This document shows, piece by piece, positions 26,235 to 40,010 of a DNA stretch of 64,000 nt (its first letter is position 1; each line of letters opens with the position of its first letter). Source of the stretch: Eledone cirrhosa (Eukaryota); NCBI GenBank assembly GCA_964016885.1, contig OZ024752.1:6510001-6574000 (forward strand), written 5' to 3'. Under the pieces are notes generated by a model, which worked only from the letters and a program-made list of their open reading frames with translations, was not told the origin of the DNA and searched no databases. The translations under genes and the position numbers were made by a program.

Positions 26235-27770
26235 GTTGTCACACCTACATGACTACTTTACAGTGTAGACTGGGTGCTTTTTGTTGTGACACCTACATGA
26301 ACACTTTACAGTGTAGACTGGGTGGTTTTTGTCGTGACACCTACATGAACACTTTACAGTGTAGACTGGGTGGTTTTTGTCGTGACACCTACATGAACAC
26401 TTTACAGTGTGGACTGGGTGCTTTTTGTCGTGACACCTACATGAACACTTTACAGTGTGGGCTGGGTGCTTTTTGTCGTGACACCTACACGATCACTTTA
26501 CAGTGTGGACTGGGTGCTTTTTGTCGTGACACCTACATGAACACTTTACAGTGTGGACTGGGTGCTTTTTGTCGTGACACCTACATGAGTACTTTACAGT
26601 GTGGACTGGGTGCTTTTTGTCGTGACACCTACATGAACACTTTACAGTGTGGACTGGGTGCTTTTTGTCGTGACACCTACATGAACACTTTACAGTGTGG
26701 ACTGGGTACTTTTTGTCGTGACACCTACATGAACACTTTACAGTGTGGACTGGGTGCTTTTTGTTGTGACACCTACATGAACACTTTACAGTGTTCACTG
26801 GGTGGTTTTTGTCGTGACACCTACATGAACACTTTACAGTGTGGACTGGGTACTTTTTGTCGTGATACCTACATGAACACTTTACAGTGTGGGCTGGGTG
26901 CTTTTTGTCGCGACACCTACATGAACACTTAACAGTGTGGGCTGGGTGCTTTTTGTCGTGACACCTACATGAACACTTTACAGTGTGGACTGGGTGCTTT
27001 TTGTCGTGACACCTACACGACCACTTTACAGTGTGGGCTGGGTGCTTTTTGTCGTGACACCTACACGACCACTTTACAGTGTGGGCTGGGTGCTTTTTGT
27101 CGTGACACCTACATGAACACTTTACAGTGTGGGCTAGGTGCTTTTTGTCGTGACACCTACATGAACACTTTACAGTGTGGGCTAGGTGCTTTTTGTCGTG
27201 ACACCTACATGAACACTTTACAGTGTGGACTGGGTGCTTTTTGTCGTGACACCTACATGAACACTTTACAGTGTGGGCTGGGTGCTTTTTGTCGCGACAC
27301 CTACATGAACACTTTACAGTGTGGACTGGGTGCTTTCTGTTGTGACGCTTACACAAAGCTGAAGCATATATACAGTATGTCCCACCTTTGCAAGCAGGAA
27401 AAAAGTTTCCACCACACTTATTAGATCTACATTGTTTAACAACCATCTTCCACGTTAGCATGGGTAGGACGGGCTGTCCCTTTGTAAGGATCAGGTTGGG
27501 GGACCGTGAGTCGCTCATACAGAACTGATTTTGGCTTCGCTTCTATGGCTGAATGCCCTTCCTAACGCCAGCCACATTTACAGTGTGGACTGGGTGCTTT
27601 TTGTCATGACACCTACAAGACCACTTTACAGTGTGGACTGGGTACTGTTTGTCATGACACCTACATGACCACTTTACAGTGTGGACTGGGTACTGTTTGT
27701 CATGACACCTAGATGACCACTTTACAGTGTGGACTGGGTACTGTTTGTCATGACACCTACAAGACCACTT
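26235..27770. repeat. 48-bp minisatellite (CACTTTACAGTGTGGACTGGGTGCTTTTTGTCGTGACACCTACATGAA), about 23 + 4 units, derived from a retroelement 3' region
   Basis: Two blocks (26235-27350 and 27575-27770) separated by a retroelement tail; the unit matches 421-468. Confidence 0.95.
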
Positions 27771-28007
27771 ATATATATATATAGCTAGATAGCTTAATAG
27801 ATAGATAGGTGTGTGTGAAGAGATAATATTGAGAGAAGGGTGGATGAGGCTGCATAACGGATTACTTACTCAATGTAATAGGTTCCATAGTGGCTATCTT
27901 CAACTTTCTCCCAACCAAACGGTAATTCTGAAAGTAAAAAGAAATAAACAATTTAGAGATCAAGTGAGAAAGAGAAAGAAACAGCAAAAAAAAAAATGAA
28001 TGTTTAA

Positions 28008-28850
28008 CCCTTTAGCATTTAAATCGGCCATATCCAGCCAGAATTCTTTCACCTCTTTCTGTTCAAACCAGCTGTAACTAGCCACTCATACCAACGTTAA
28101 CGTATTGTTCTCAAAGTAAGTAATATCAAAATCATAGATTCGATGTTATGTGAGATATTATGTGAGGTAAAGCCTTTACTGTGACAATACAATAGTATAT
28201 ATAGAGTAATGTAAATGTTATGTGAGATATCATGTGAGATAAAGCCTTTACTGTGACAATACAATAGTATATATAGAGTAATGTAAATGTTATGTGAGAT
28301 ATTATGTGAGGTAAAGACTTTACTGTGAAAATACAATAGTATATATAGAGTAATGTAAATGTTATGTGAGATATTATGTGAGGTAAAGTCTTTACTGTGA
28401 AAATACAATAGTATATATAGAGTAATGTAAATATTATGTGAGGTAAAGCCTTTACTGTGACAATACAATAGTATATATAGAGTAATGTAAATGTTATGTG
28501 AGATATTATGTGAGGTAAAGCCTTTACTGTGAAAATACAATAGTATATATAGAGTAATGTAAATGTTATGTGAGATATTATGTGAGGTAAAGCCTTTACT
28601 GTGACAATACAATAGTATATATAGAGTAATGTAAATGTTATGTGAGATATTATGTGAGGTAAAGACTTTACTGTGACAATACAATAGTATATATAGAGTA
28701 ATGTAAATGTTATGTGAGATATTATGTGAGGTAAAGCCTTTACTGTGAAAATACAATAGTATATATAGAGTAATGTAAATGTTATGTAAGATATTATGTG
28801 AGGTAAAGCCTTTACTGTGACAATACAATAGTATATATAGAGTAATATAA
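28008..28850. mobile_element. Same piggyBac-like MITE with 69-bp array; right TIR missing
   Basis: TTAA-CCCTTTAGCATTTAAA start followed by the same body and array. Confidence 0.85.
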
Positions 28851-29622
28851 ACTACATTAGCAAGATATTCTTGAAGAGAACAAATGATGTAACACTTTCA
28901 CATTAAAAATTAAAAAATTCACACTAAAACTGCAAATATTCACAACAATCTGTCCACCAGTAAAGATACTATAAATACTTGAATAAAGTCATTTTAGATA
29001 TTCTCTGATAAATCATATATATGTATGTATATATAAATAATGGTGTGCTCAGGTGCAGAGATGCTATAGAATAGCTTATAGAATAGAGTGAAGAACTTTG
29101 AAGATGGAAAAAGAAGCTGCCATTGGCCAGTATATATATAGAAAACCCATGTGTATCCAGGTTAGAATAGGATCACCATATTCCTGTGTATTGTAAAAAG
29201 TGAAGGGGTTGGTGTGAGGATGGGCATCTGGCTATAAAACATTGCCTCACAAAGCCCCGTCCTACCCATGCCAGCATTGAAAAGTTGATGTAAAAACAAT
29301 GATGATTATAAATCCCGCCGAGGTTAACTTTGCCTTTCATCCTTACGGGGGTCGATAAAATAAAGTACCAGTAATACACTGGGTATTTGCTGGCCTTGTG
29401 CCTAACGTAGAAACAATTATATATATATATAAAAACAAAACTTCTGTCAACATGGTATAGCGCATTAGACACTGGATTAGACCCTTTTATTTACCTCAGA
29501 AGAACAGATTTTAATCTCAGAATATCAGGACATATCAATAAATTAGGGTAAAACACAAAATATCTTGTTTCATTCTTTACTCGTCCATTTCACATTGTTG
29601 TGGCTTTCAAACTTCAAATTCT

Positions 29623-29700
<78 letters not shown>

Positions 29701-30587
29701 ATTTATGGGAAAATTTGCATTTTATGGTATGTCTACATATATATTTATACATGTTGGTGCAGTCCTGGTTACACACACTGTATTTATACAGATATAACTA
29801 TATCATCATCATCATCATTCATCATTTCAATTTACGTCTGCTTTTTCCCTGCTTGCAAGGGTGGGACGGGAACTGATTTTGGCTTGATTTCTACAGCTGG
29901 ATGCCCTTCCTAACACCAACCTCATTTACAGTGAGTGCTGGGTGCTTTTTTGCCGTGGCACCTCCACGACCACTTTGCAGATATATATCATGATGATGAT
30001 CATTTTACGTCCGCTTTTTCCTAGATTATCAAAGTGTATATATGTGTTTGTATGTGTGTATGTATGTGTGTATGTATGTATGTATGTGTGTGTGTATGTA
30101 TGTGTGTGTATGTGTGTGTATGTATGTGTGTGTGTATATATATATATATATTACAAGTATCGACACAGAAGAATATTCCTGGAGAATATTTTGGTAATAA
30201 AACTCTCCAAACCCTATCTTCTTGCCCCCCCCCCCCAACACTAACTCCATTCATTTTGTGTTATTAACTATCATCAATTCTAATGCAGTTCATTAGAAAT
30301 ATAAAAAACTTTAGTTTATTCAGTGATTTTCTTACTTTTAAGGTTGAAGTAGTGTTATAGGATAGCTTATTTATACAGATACAGAATAGCTTATTTATAC
30401 AGATACAGAATAGCTTATTTATACAGATACAGAATAGCTTATTTATACAGATACAGAATAGCTTATTTACCTTCTGAACAATCTAGAATATAAATATATA
30501 TCATTAAGAAGCAGGAGGAGGTCCAAACACAGACATACACAGCACTATATATATATATATATAGGAAAAAGTATGACCCCGACGGCA

Positions 30588-30661
30588 GAGCTCAAGCCGT
30601 TTCGACGGCTATTTCTGGACTGAATTTAGTCCAGAAATAGCCGTCGAAACGGCTTGAGCTC
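30588..30661. repeat. Perfect 34-bp-arm hairpin
   Basis: GAGCTCAAGCCGTTTCGACGGCTATTTCTGGACT-GAATTT-followed by its reverse complement. Confidence 0.95.
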
Positions 30662-30880
30662 GGCCTAGACAGTCCTATATGAGCAAGACAACCACTCTTG
30701 CCTCAAGTGGGAAAACTCCCGTCCAAACCCATGCAAGCGTGGAAGATGGACGTTAAACGATGATGATGATCCATACTATTGTACGTCTGTATACATATAA
30801 GTATGTACGCATACATACATACTTACATTTAAGTAAGTGCCGTACTAAGAGTGAGAAATGAAATTTCGTTTCATTCTATT

Positions 30881-30934
<54 letters not shown>

Positions 30935-31267
30935 CACTGTAAATGAGGTTGGTGTTAGGAAGGACATCAAGCGGTAGACACCAAAGCAGAATCAGTTCTG
31001 TGTGAGCAAGATATGGTCACCTGACCTAGCATTGCCCACAACAGGACAACCCATCTAACCCATGCTAGCTTGGAAAATGGACATAAGACGGTGATGCTGA
31101 TATATGCATATACACACAAATATATATATATATATATACATACATATACAACCAAAGAAAGGAGTATTACAATAAAAAACATTAAATATATATCCACACA
31201 TTCGAAAAAGATTATCTGATACAAAACAACCTCTAATTTTATGATCGAATGCTTTTTATTTTCAAGT

Positions 31268-31615
31268 CATCATCATCATCATCATCATTTCATTTTACGT
31301 CCGCCTCTTCCTGCTTGCAAGGGTGGGACGGGAACTGATTCTAGCTTGATTTCTACAGCTGGATGCCCTTCCTAACACCAACCTCATTTACAGTGAGTGA
31401 TGGGTGCTTTTTTGCCGTGGCACCTCCACAACCACTTTGCAGTGGAATGATATGGACCCCAGTCCCTATCATCTCATTTCTACTGCTGAGTAAACTGGAG
31501 CAATGTGAAATAAAGTGTCTTGCTCAAGGAAACAACACATCACCCGGTCTGAGAATTGAACTCACAACCTTTCGATTGCAAGGCCAATGCTCTAACCACT
31601 AAGCCATGTGCCTCC
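31268..31615 (-). mobile_element. Full-length copy of the same SINE
   Basis: Near-identical to 41264-41600 and 55243-55565. Confidence 0.9.
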
Positions 31616-31917
31616 AAGTGTTTATATTTATCTAAAAACCTTCCACAATAGTTTTATGTAATAATTTTTTTTTTTATTTATGCTCCAAACACTAATTTAA
31701 TGGAAAGAAAAAATAGTTATTTCCCTAAAATCTATCAAAATTCTTGAGTAATTTCAGAATTATTTGAAAATCATAAGCAGTGTCTTTCATTAGAAATATG
31801 GCAACAAAAGGGTTAAACATACATACACACACATAGATATACACAGTCATATACATACAGCTATATATACACACACATACAGCCATATATACAGGCACAG
31901 CTCTACACACATGCACC

Positions 31918-31952
<35 letters not shown>

Positions 31953-32024
31953 CTTAAAAAGGGTTGCTGAACATACAAGCCCTTGGCGCCATGGGCAGGA
32001 TCTCTCTCTCTTTATATATATATA

Positions 32025-32096
<72 letters not shown>

Positions 32097-32599
32097 TATA
32101 TTGGCAATTAATTTGTAATATAAAGGTTGGGAGCTAAGTGGGTGAGGTTCAGTGGTGGTGGTGGGAGGGGGTAGCGAAGAAAGTAGAGAGGGGGGGGAGG
32201 AAGGTTGCTGCTACCCAGAAACACATGACTAAAAATAAACAGCCCCTATCTTAAGACTAATGTATCAGTTTACAGTTACCAACTCCTAGAGTTTACTTTC
32301 AATTAACATTAAGAAGGAAAGAGAGAAGGACGGAAGCAAGCAAAGAAAGAGAGAGTGCGAAAGAAGGAGAAGAAAAGAAAGTGGGAAGAAGAGAGAGATT
32401 GAAAGAGAGAGAGAGAGTAGGAAGAAGAGGGGAAACAAGAGAGATTGGTGTATTCTCTGATTCTTTTATTGTCATTCAGTCAGATCTTATTTTATCTATC
32501 TCTGTTTGTTGAGCCACTATGTTATAGGGCATAAACAAATGGTAAAGGTAAACACACACATGGCAACACACATATATGTCAGTGTGTGTGTTGCCATGC

Positions 32600-32637
<38 letters not shown>

Positions 32638-32992
32638 GTAGGTGTCATGACAAAAAAACACACAGTCCACGCTCTAATGTGTAGGCAACACGGTAAAAAC
32701 CTCCCAGTCCCACACTGTAAATGTGGTTGGTGTTAGGAAGGGCATCCAGTTGTAGAAAACCCGCCAGACAGTCCACGCTGTAATGTGGCCGTGTAGGCAA
32801 CACGGTAAAAACTCCCAGCCCCACACTGTAAATGTGGTTGGTGTTAGGAAGGGCATCCAACTGTAGAAAACCCGCCAGACAGTCCTATGCGAGCAAGACA
32901 ACCACTCTTGCCTCAAGTGGGAAAACTCCCGTTCAAACCCATGCAAGCGTGGAACATGGACGGTAAACGATGATGATGATGATGATGATGAT
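32638..32992 (+). mobile_element. 3' UTR/tail copy of the 215-1557 RTE family (other copies 30668-30770 +, 40908-41125 +, 55092-55212 -)
   Basis: Shared GAGCAAGACAACCACTCTTGCCTCAAGTGG...CATGCAAGCGTGGAA...(GAT)n; this copy has an internal duplication. Confidence 0.85.
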
Positions 32993-33019
32993 ATATATAT
33001 ATAAGAAGTGTAAGTGTAT

Positions 33020-33207
33020 ATCATCATCATCATCATCATTTTACGTCTGCTTTTCCCTGCTTGCAAGGGTGGGACGGGTCTTATTCAGCACAGCATCTCT
33101 CCACTTGTCACGGTCCTTCATCATCTCCACTGTGAGCTTCAGCGATCTGAGGTCTGTTCTCACCACCTCCACCCATGTTTTTCGTGGTCTACCTCTACCA
33201 CGTCTTC
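33020..33207 (-). mobile_element. Short 3' fragment of the 47200 RTE family
   Basis: Near-identical to 47200-47395, including the tail. Confidence 0.9.
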
Positions 33208-33277
33208 ATACACACATACACAAATATATATATATATACACAAATATATATATATACTCACACACACACACACACAC

Positions 33278-33795
33278 ACAAATATGTGTGTGAGAATGTA
33301 TACACACAAATATGGGTGAGAATGTATACACACAGACACGTGTGTGTGAGAATGTATACACACAAATATGTGTGAGAATGTATACACACACAAATATGTG
33401 TGAGAATGTATACACACACAAATATGTGTGAGAATGTATACACACACAAATATGTGTGTGAGAATGTATACACACAAATATGTGTGTGAGAATGTATACA
33501 CACACAAATATGTGTGTGAGAATGTATACACACAAATATGTGTGAGAATGTATACACACAAATATGTGTGTGAGAATGTATACACACAGAAATATGTGTG
33601 TGAGAATGTATACACACAAATATGTGTGAGAATGTATACACACAGAAATGTGTGTGTGAGAATGTATACACACAAATATGTGTGTGAGAATGCATACACA
33701 CAAATATGTGTGAGAATGTATACACACAAATATGTGTGTGAGAATGTATACACACAAATATGTGTGTGAGAATGTATACACACAAATATGTGTAT
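33278..33795. repeat. 26-30-bp tandem built on CA/TG microsatellites (GTGAGAATGTATACACACAAATATGT)
   Basis: Direct tandem. Confidence 0.92.
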
Positions 33796-33845
33796 GTGTG
33801 TATAAAGGAAGAATATCATGTGACAAGATTTAAGTACATTATATA

Positions 33846-34032
33846 ATTGTTTCTACTTTTGGCACAAGGCCAGCAATTACCCAGTGCATTACTGGTACTT
33901 TATTTTATCGACCCCGTAAGGATGAAAGGCAAAGTCAACCTCGGCGGGATTTGAACTCAGATCGTAAAGGGACGTAACTATGCTGGAAAACATGGCGTCC
34001 GACCCTCTACCGATACTGCCAATCCACCACCC
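33846..34032 (-). mobile_element. tRNA-derived SINE with Meta-like domain (octopus OK-type); about 13 copies, e.g. 2300-2476, 5588-5778, 5812-5993, 17121-17317, 21165-21365, 23982-24189, 37487-37677, 37965-38140, 59795-59950 (-) and 29309-29418, 56866-56970, 57252-57346 (+)
   Basis: Pol III A-box TGGCAGTATCGG and B-box GAGTTCAAATCC, then GCCTTTCATCCTTACGGGGTCGATAAAATAAAGTACCAG. The 17121 copy has TSD TTGTAGAGAAGATAA. Confidence 0.88.
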
Positions 34033-34396
34033 TAGTGTACATTATATAATATTGAAATGTCTGAAGCAGAAGATTTGGATCAAGAACATTGTTACTATGG
34101 CTACCTTTGACACTAACACACACATGAGTGATCATATATAAACATACATTTATATATATATACACACACACACACACTGCTGCTACTTTTGACACTAACA
34201 CACACATGAGTGATCATATATAAACATACATTTATATATATATACACACACACACACACTGCTGCTACCTTTGACACTAACACACACATGAGTGATCATA
34301 TATAAACATACATTTATATATATATACACACACACACACACTGCTGCTACCTTTGACACAAACACACATGAGTGATCATATATATACATATATATA

Positions 34397-35005
34397 TGGT
34401 GGCTGCCAACTCGTTTTCGAGTACGGCCACTACTTTATATCCATGTAGGAGAAGCCCTACCGATGCGGTGAACGAGTGTGACATTTTAGTCCAGCCAGCG
34501 ACTTGAAAACTCTGGTACAAACACTACACTTGTGACAATTATTGACACATAGTGCTGGGCCCATGGTACCATGTGACGACAAGTGTAGAGGGATCTCCAG
34601 ATATAAAGCAATGCCTGTGCCGTGAAGCTTTTATAGTGAGCAAAGGCACTGCACAAAGCCAGTCCGACTTTCTTAACCAAGATGATATTTACCAAAAAGA
34701 AGAACAAGTCAACATCATTGGATACCATCAGGGTTGCAGGTGTTATATCAGAGTTTTCCTTCTCCTAGAATTCTGCCCCGACAAAGGCTAAGGGTCATCT
34801 CTCCCGGTGATTTTGGATGGCCATTGACTCTTAAGAGCTCCTTTGCCCTTTGACAGGTTTTGTTTTTAGTCCTGCAGGATGTCCAAAGTCACCCTCCTCA
34901 CCAAGAAACCTTGGTGGGGTTGCCAGTTTAGTCGCCAACGACCCGACCATGAGACAGGTTGTACTGGGGTACATGTTACCAGTAGCACCAACTGGTGACA
35001 TGTAA
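34397..35005 (-). mobile_element. Internally deleted, non-autonomous RTE derivative (5' UTR-like part joined to the ORF end and 3' end)
   Basis: 5' part contains CTAGGAGAAGGAAAACTCTGA. The 3' part encodes HKCSVCTRVFKSLAGLKCHTRSPHR* (C2H2-like RTE C-terminus) and ends in (TA)n. The 3' end recurs at 42362-42443 (+). Confidence 0.65.
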
Positions 35006-35240
35006 TGTGTGTATGTGTGTATATATATATATATATATACATATATACACACATACACACGTTACTGCTGGTACCTTTGACACTAACACATATATGAGTG
35101 ATCATATATATATACATATATACGCACACACACACTGCTGCTACCTTTGACACTAACACACACATACTTTGATATGAGTGATCATATCATCATCATCATC
35201 ATCGTTTAACATCTATCTTCGACGCTAGCACGGGTTAGAC

Positions 35241-35311
<71 letters not shown>

Positions 35312-35390
35312 ACTGCTGGCACCTTTGACACTAACACACATATACTTTAATATGAGTGATCATATATATATACATGTATACATATATAGG

Positions 35391-35427
<37 letters not shown>

Positions 35428-35663
35428 GTATGTATATGTATATATGTATATGTTAGTCTGGAGTTTTGCCTGTATTCACAGGGTCACCAGAGATAAATAC
35501 ATACATATATATATCTATATATACACACACACATACACATACATCTATGTGTATACACACACACACACACATATATATATGTTAGTCAGGAGTTTTGCTT
35601 GTGTATCACAAGGTCACCAGAGATAAATACATTATATATATCTATCTATCTATATATATATAG

Positions 35664-35713
<50 letters not shown>

Positions 35714-35948
35714 CCTTGACTAAATGTATGTTAAAATGACTATTTCCAAGATTAGTTGTTTGCTTAGAAATGATAAAGCAACAAAGTCTGAAATCTCTTT
35801 GGTATTAGTTGAGGAATATCTTCAGCTAATGACTAAACCAGGCTAATCTCTTTCTCATAGTACTAAGAGATTATTCTGTGAGTCTGGAGGGGGAGAAGAA
35901 ACTGCCGCCATCAGTAACTTTGGTGCCAGGGGCCCAACATAGATACAT

Positions 35949-36459
35949 CAGTAAACTGGAGACTTCTGCTGTCCTTGACCCTCAGTAAACTGGAGACTTC
36001 TGCTGTCCTTGACCCTCGGTAAACTGGAGACTTCTGCTGTCCTTGACCCTCGGTAAACTGGAGACTTCTGCTGTCCTTGACCCTCGGTAAACTGGAGACT
36101 TCTGCTGTCCTTGACCCTCAGTTAACTGGAGACTTCTGCTGTCCTTGACCCTCGGTAAACTGGAGACTTCTGCTGTCCTTGACCCTCGGTAAACTGGAGA
36201 CTTCTGCTGTCCTTGACCCTCGGTAAACTGGAGACTTCTGCTGTCCTTGACCCTCAGTAAACTGGAGACTTCTGCTGTCCTTGACCCTCGGTAAACTGGA
36301 GACTTCTGCTGTCCTTGACCCTCGGTAAACTGGAGACTTCTGCTGTCCTTGACCCTCAGTAAACTGGAGACTTCTGCTGTCCTTGACCCTCAGTAAACTG
36401 GAGACTTCTGCTGTCCTTGACCCTCAGTAAATTCGAGACTTCTGCTGGCCTTGACCCTA
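35949..36459. repeat. 34-bp minisatellite (CAGTAAACTGGAGACTTCTGCTGTCCTTGACCCT), about 15 units
   Basis: Direct tandem. Confidence 0.97.
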
Positions 36460-36837
36460 GGACCACCTCCCTACTCACTACCCTCCGGCATGCAGTTGCC
36501 TACCCAGTTGAGGTGTGACCCTTGCAAGCTGGAATGGCTGCTTTTCCAATGTGTCTCCTGCATCCTCCTCTGGGGTAACGCCTTCTCTATTCTGTCCACC
36601 GGGGCCACAGGGTGGCCAGTGCATGGGTTCCCATTTGTATATGATAGTGAGAGATGGGGAGAGTAAGAGAGATGGGAGAGAGACAGAGACAGTGAAAGAG
36701 AGAGAAGATCAACGCACGCACACACACACACACACACACACACAGAAAAACAGATAAATAACATTAATGTGTATTATCATCATCATTGTCATCATCACCA
36801 TCACCACCACCATCATCATCATCATCATCGTTTAACG

Positions 36838-36971
36838 CAGCATGTCAAACTGAGGGCCCCCCCCCCCCCCCGAGGGCCCCATGGGTCACATATGTGTTGT
36901 CTGAGGGTCACACACTACAACTAATTCTTTTACTTTTTGTGTTGTAAAGGGCCGCATGTTTGACATGCCTG
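36838..36971. mobile_element. Unexpanded copy of the same hAT MITE, opposite orientation, one repeat unit
   Basis: TIRs CAGCATGTCAAAC / GTTTGACATGCCTG; TSD GTTTAACG/GTTTAAAG; inserted into a retroelement tail. Confidence 0.88.
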
Positions 36972-38268
36972 GTTTAAAGTCCATTTTGCCTGCTTGCTGG
37001 GTTAGACAGGTTGTCATGTTATGTGACATGTCAGGTCCAGAGACCACAGATCTGTATTTTGGCTTCGTTTCTCTCTCACCCCTCCCTCATCCTCTCTCTC
37101 ACCCCTCCCCTCATCCTCTCTCTCCCCCCTCCCCCATCCTCTCTCTCACCCCTCCCCCATCCTCTCTCACCCCTCCCCCATCCTCTCTCTCTCCCCTATA
37201 CCTATCACCCCTCCCCAGCTACCCTCCTAAATAGTTCATTCCAGATGTTTGTAGTACTGAAATAAGTAAAACAAACTCCATTGAAAACTAAAACCCAGAA
37301 ACATCAGCCAAAACAGCAACAACAACAACAACAACAACAACAGCAGCAGCAGCAGCAGCAACAACAACAACAGCAACAACAGCAACAACAACAACAACAA
37401 GAGCAATAACAGCAACAACAGCAACAACAACAGCAACAACAGCAACAGCAATAACAACAACATCAACCAAAACAGCTCCCCCAACAACAAGGCCAACTAT
37501 TTGGGGCGGAGGGAAAGTCAAATTGACCCCAGTGTATTACTGGTACTTTATTTTATTGACACCGTAAGGATGAAAGGCAAAGCTAACTTCGACGGGATTT
37601 GAACTCAGAACGTATAAGGCCGTAACTCTATGCCACGGAGCATATAGTTTGATGCTCTACCGATTCTACTGCCAATCAGAAACCATTAATCCATTATATG
37701 TAATGATGTAATGATCTGTGAAGTGCATGGCTGAGTGGTTATGGAATTGGATTGACAATCTTGAGGTCATGAGTTTGATCCCTGGACCGGGCGATGCGTT
37801 ATGTCCTTGAGCAAGACACTTTATTTCACGTTGCTCCTTCTACCTGGAGTTGCGACTGATAGAGAGTACTAGCAACTGGAAAGACCAACGGAAACATTGT
37901 TTCCTCGGTCTGATTTGACAAAAGTCGATCGACTGTCATCGTCATGTAAAGATGGTTTATGATCTCAGGCACAAGGCCAGCAATTTGGGGGGGGGGGGTC
38001 AATTAAATCGACTCCAGTGTATTACTGGTACTTTATTTTATCGACTCGTAAGGATGAAAGGCAAAGTTAACTTTGGTGGGATTTGAAATCAGGAGGTAAA
38101 GGGAGGTAACTCTATGCCACAAAGTATGTTGTCCAATGCTGTAAATCCAGTGACATTTTATGTAAAAACCTTTGTTAAATTGTTTTGAAAACCAGCTGAA
38201 TAATGAGGTTGATTGTAGGAGGGGGGGGGGCCTCCACATTCTAGATTACTACTTAACATATATACATG

Positions 38269-38312
<44 letters not shown>

Positions 38313-39667
38313 GATAGAGTGAAAGAGAGAGAGGGGGTGGGGAGATAAGGAGAGAGAGGGAGATGAGAGAGAGGGGGAGAGAGAGAGAAAGGGATAGAGA
38401 GAGAGAGAAAAAGAGAAAGAAAGAGGAGAAATGGTAACATCTGGTGAATGCTATTTTGACTGATGTAAGCAGAACCTTAGCCAAACAACAGTCTTGGGTT
38501 TAGCTGGGACCCCTTGATTAGAGCTGGGGGTAGGGCTGGGAGGAGGGGTAGGGCTGGGAGGAGGGGTTGGGCTGGGAGAAGAGATGGGGCTGGGAGGAGG
38601 GGAGAGATAGAGGAGATCAGATAGACCCTAGTACATCAAGATGTGGCACTAACCTCAGAGATGGGTTGTGTGTAGGTATGTGGTTAGATAGGGGCTGCCT
38701 TAGTGGTGATGGTGGCGGAGATGATGATGATGGTGGTGGTGGTGGAGGGGAGATGATGATGATGATGGTGATGATGGTGGTGGTGATGGTGATGATGGTG
38801 ATAATGATGGTGATGGTGATGATGATGATGGTGGTGGTGGTGGTGGTGGTGGTGATAATGATGGTGGTGATGATGATGATGATGATGATGATGGTGGTGA
38901 TGGCGATGGTGATGGTGGTGAGGAGGAGCAGGAGGAGGCAGTAGAAGCTGGTGAAGAAAGAAGGAGGAGTAGGAAGAGGAGACAGAGAAGAAGCCAACAA
39001 AGAAAAGGAAGGGTTTTAGTAGGGGCCAAGTGTCTGCTGTTGTTTTCTAGCAATCCCTCATGCCAACATCCACCAGAGTGTAAAGACCCCCTCCACTAAA
39101 ATGTAAGACACAGGCAGAAATATATAATAACATCTGATAGAAGGGATTGGCTAGAAATAAGTAAATAAATTGTGAAAGAAAGAAAAGAAAAGAAGAAAAA
39201 AAGAAAAGAAAAAAAGAAAAGAAAAGAAGAGGTGGAGGGGATTTGAAATTGATAAAAGCCCACAGAAATATAAGACAGTCTTAGAAGAGTAATAAAAACT
39301 ATCTCCACATATGTGATGAAGTTGATAAGAGATAGAACTCTGGGGCTACCCAACAGGGTAGAGAGGGAGAATGTAAGGTAGGTGAAAGACACCTAAAAGG
39401 GCGCCAAAATAGAAGTAAGGTTGTACTAGAAGATTTCTAATCAAAGTTGGGGTCTTCTAAACATAGATACTGATAAAATCCCTGGATGTGGAACATTCTC
39501 ACCTGCTTTCAGAGACTCTACCTAGTTCTGTGATATATATATATATATATAAATGTGTGTGTGTGTATATATATATATGTGTGTGTGTGTGTATATGCGT
39601 GTGTGTGTGTGTATATATATATGTGTGTCTGTGTGTATATATATATATGTGTGTGTGTGTGTGAGAG

Positions 39668-39700
<33 letters not shown>

Positions 39701-39707
39701 ATATATA

Positions 39708-39746
<39 letters not shown>

Positions 39747-40010
39747 GTGTGTGTATATATGTGTGTATATGTATATATATATATGTGTGTGTCTATATAT
39801 ATATATGTATATGTGTGTGTATATATATATGTGTGTGTGGGTATATATATATATATATATGAGTGGGTGTGTGTGACACACATGTGTAACAAAGATTACC
39901 AGGTAACTAAATTTTTTTGTTACCTTCCTCTAATCGGCCATTTTGCATTGTTTAACCTTATATAACTTTCCACATTATATATATGTATATATATAAATAT
40001 ATGATATATA

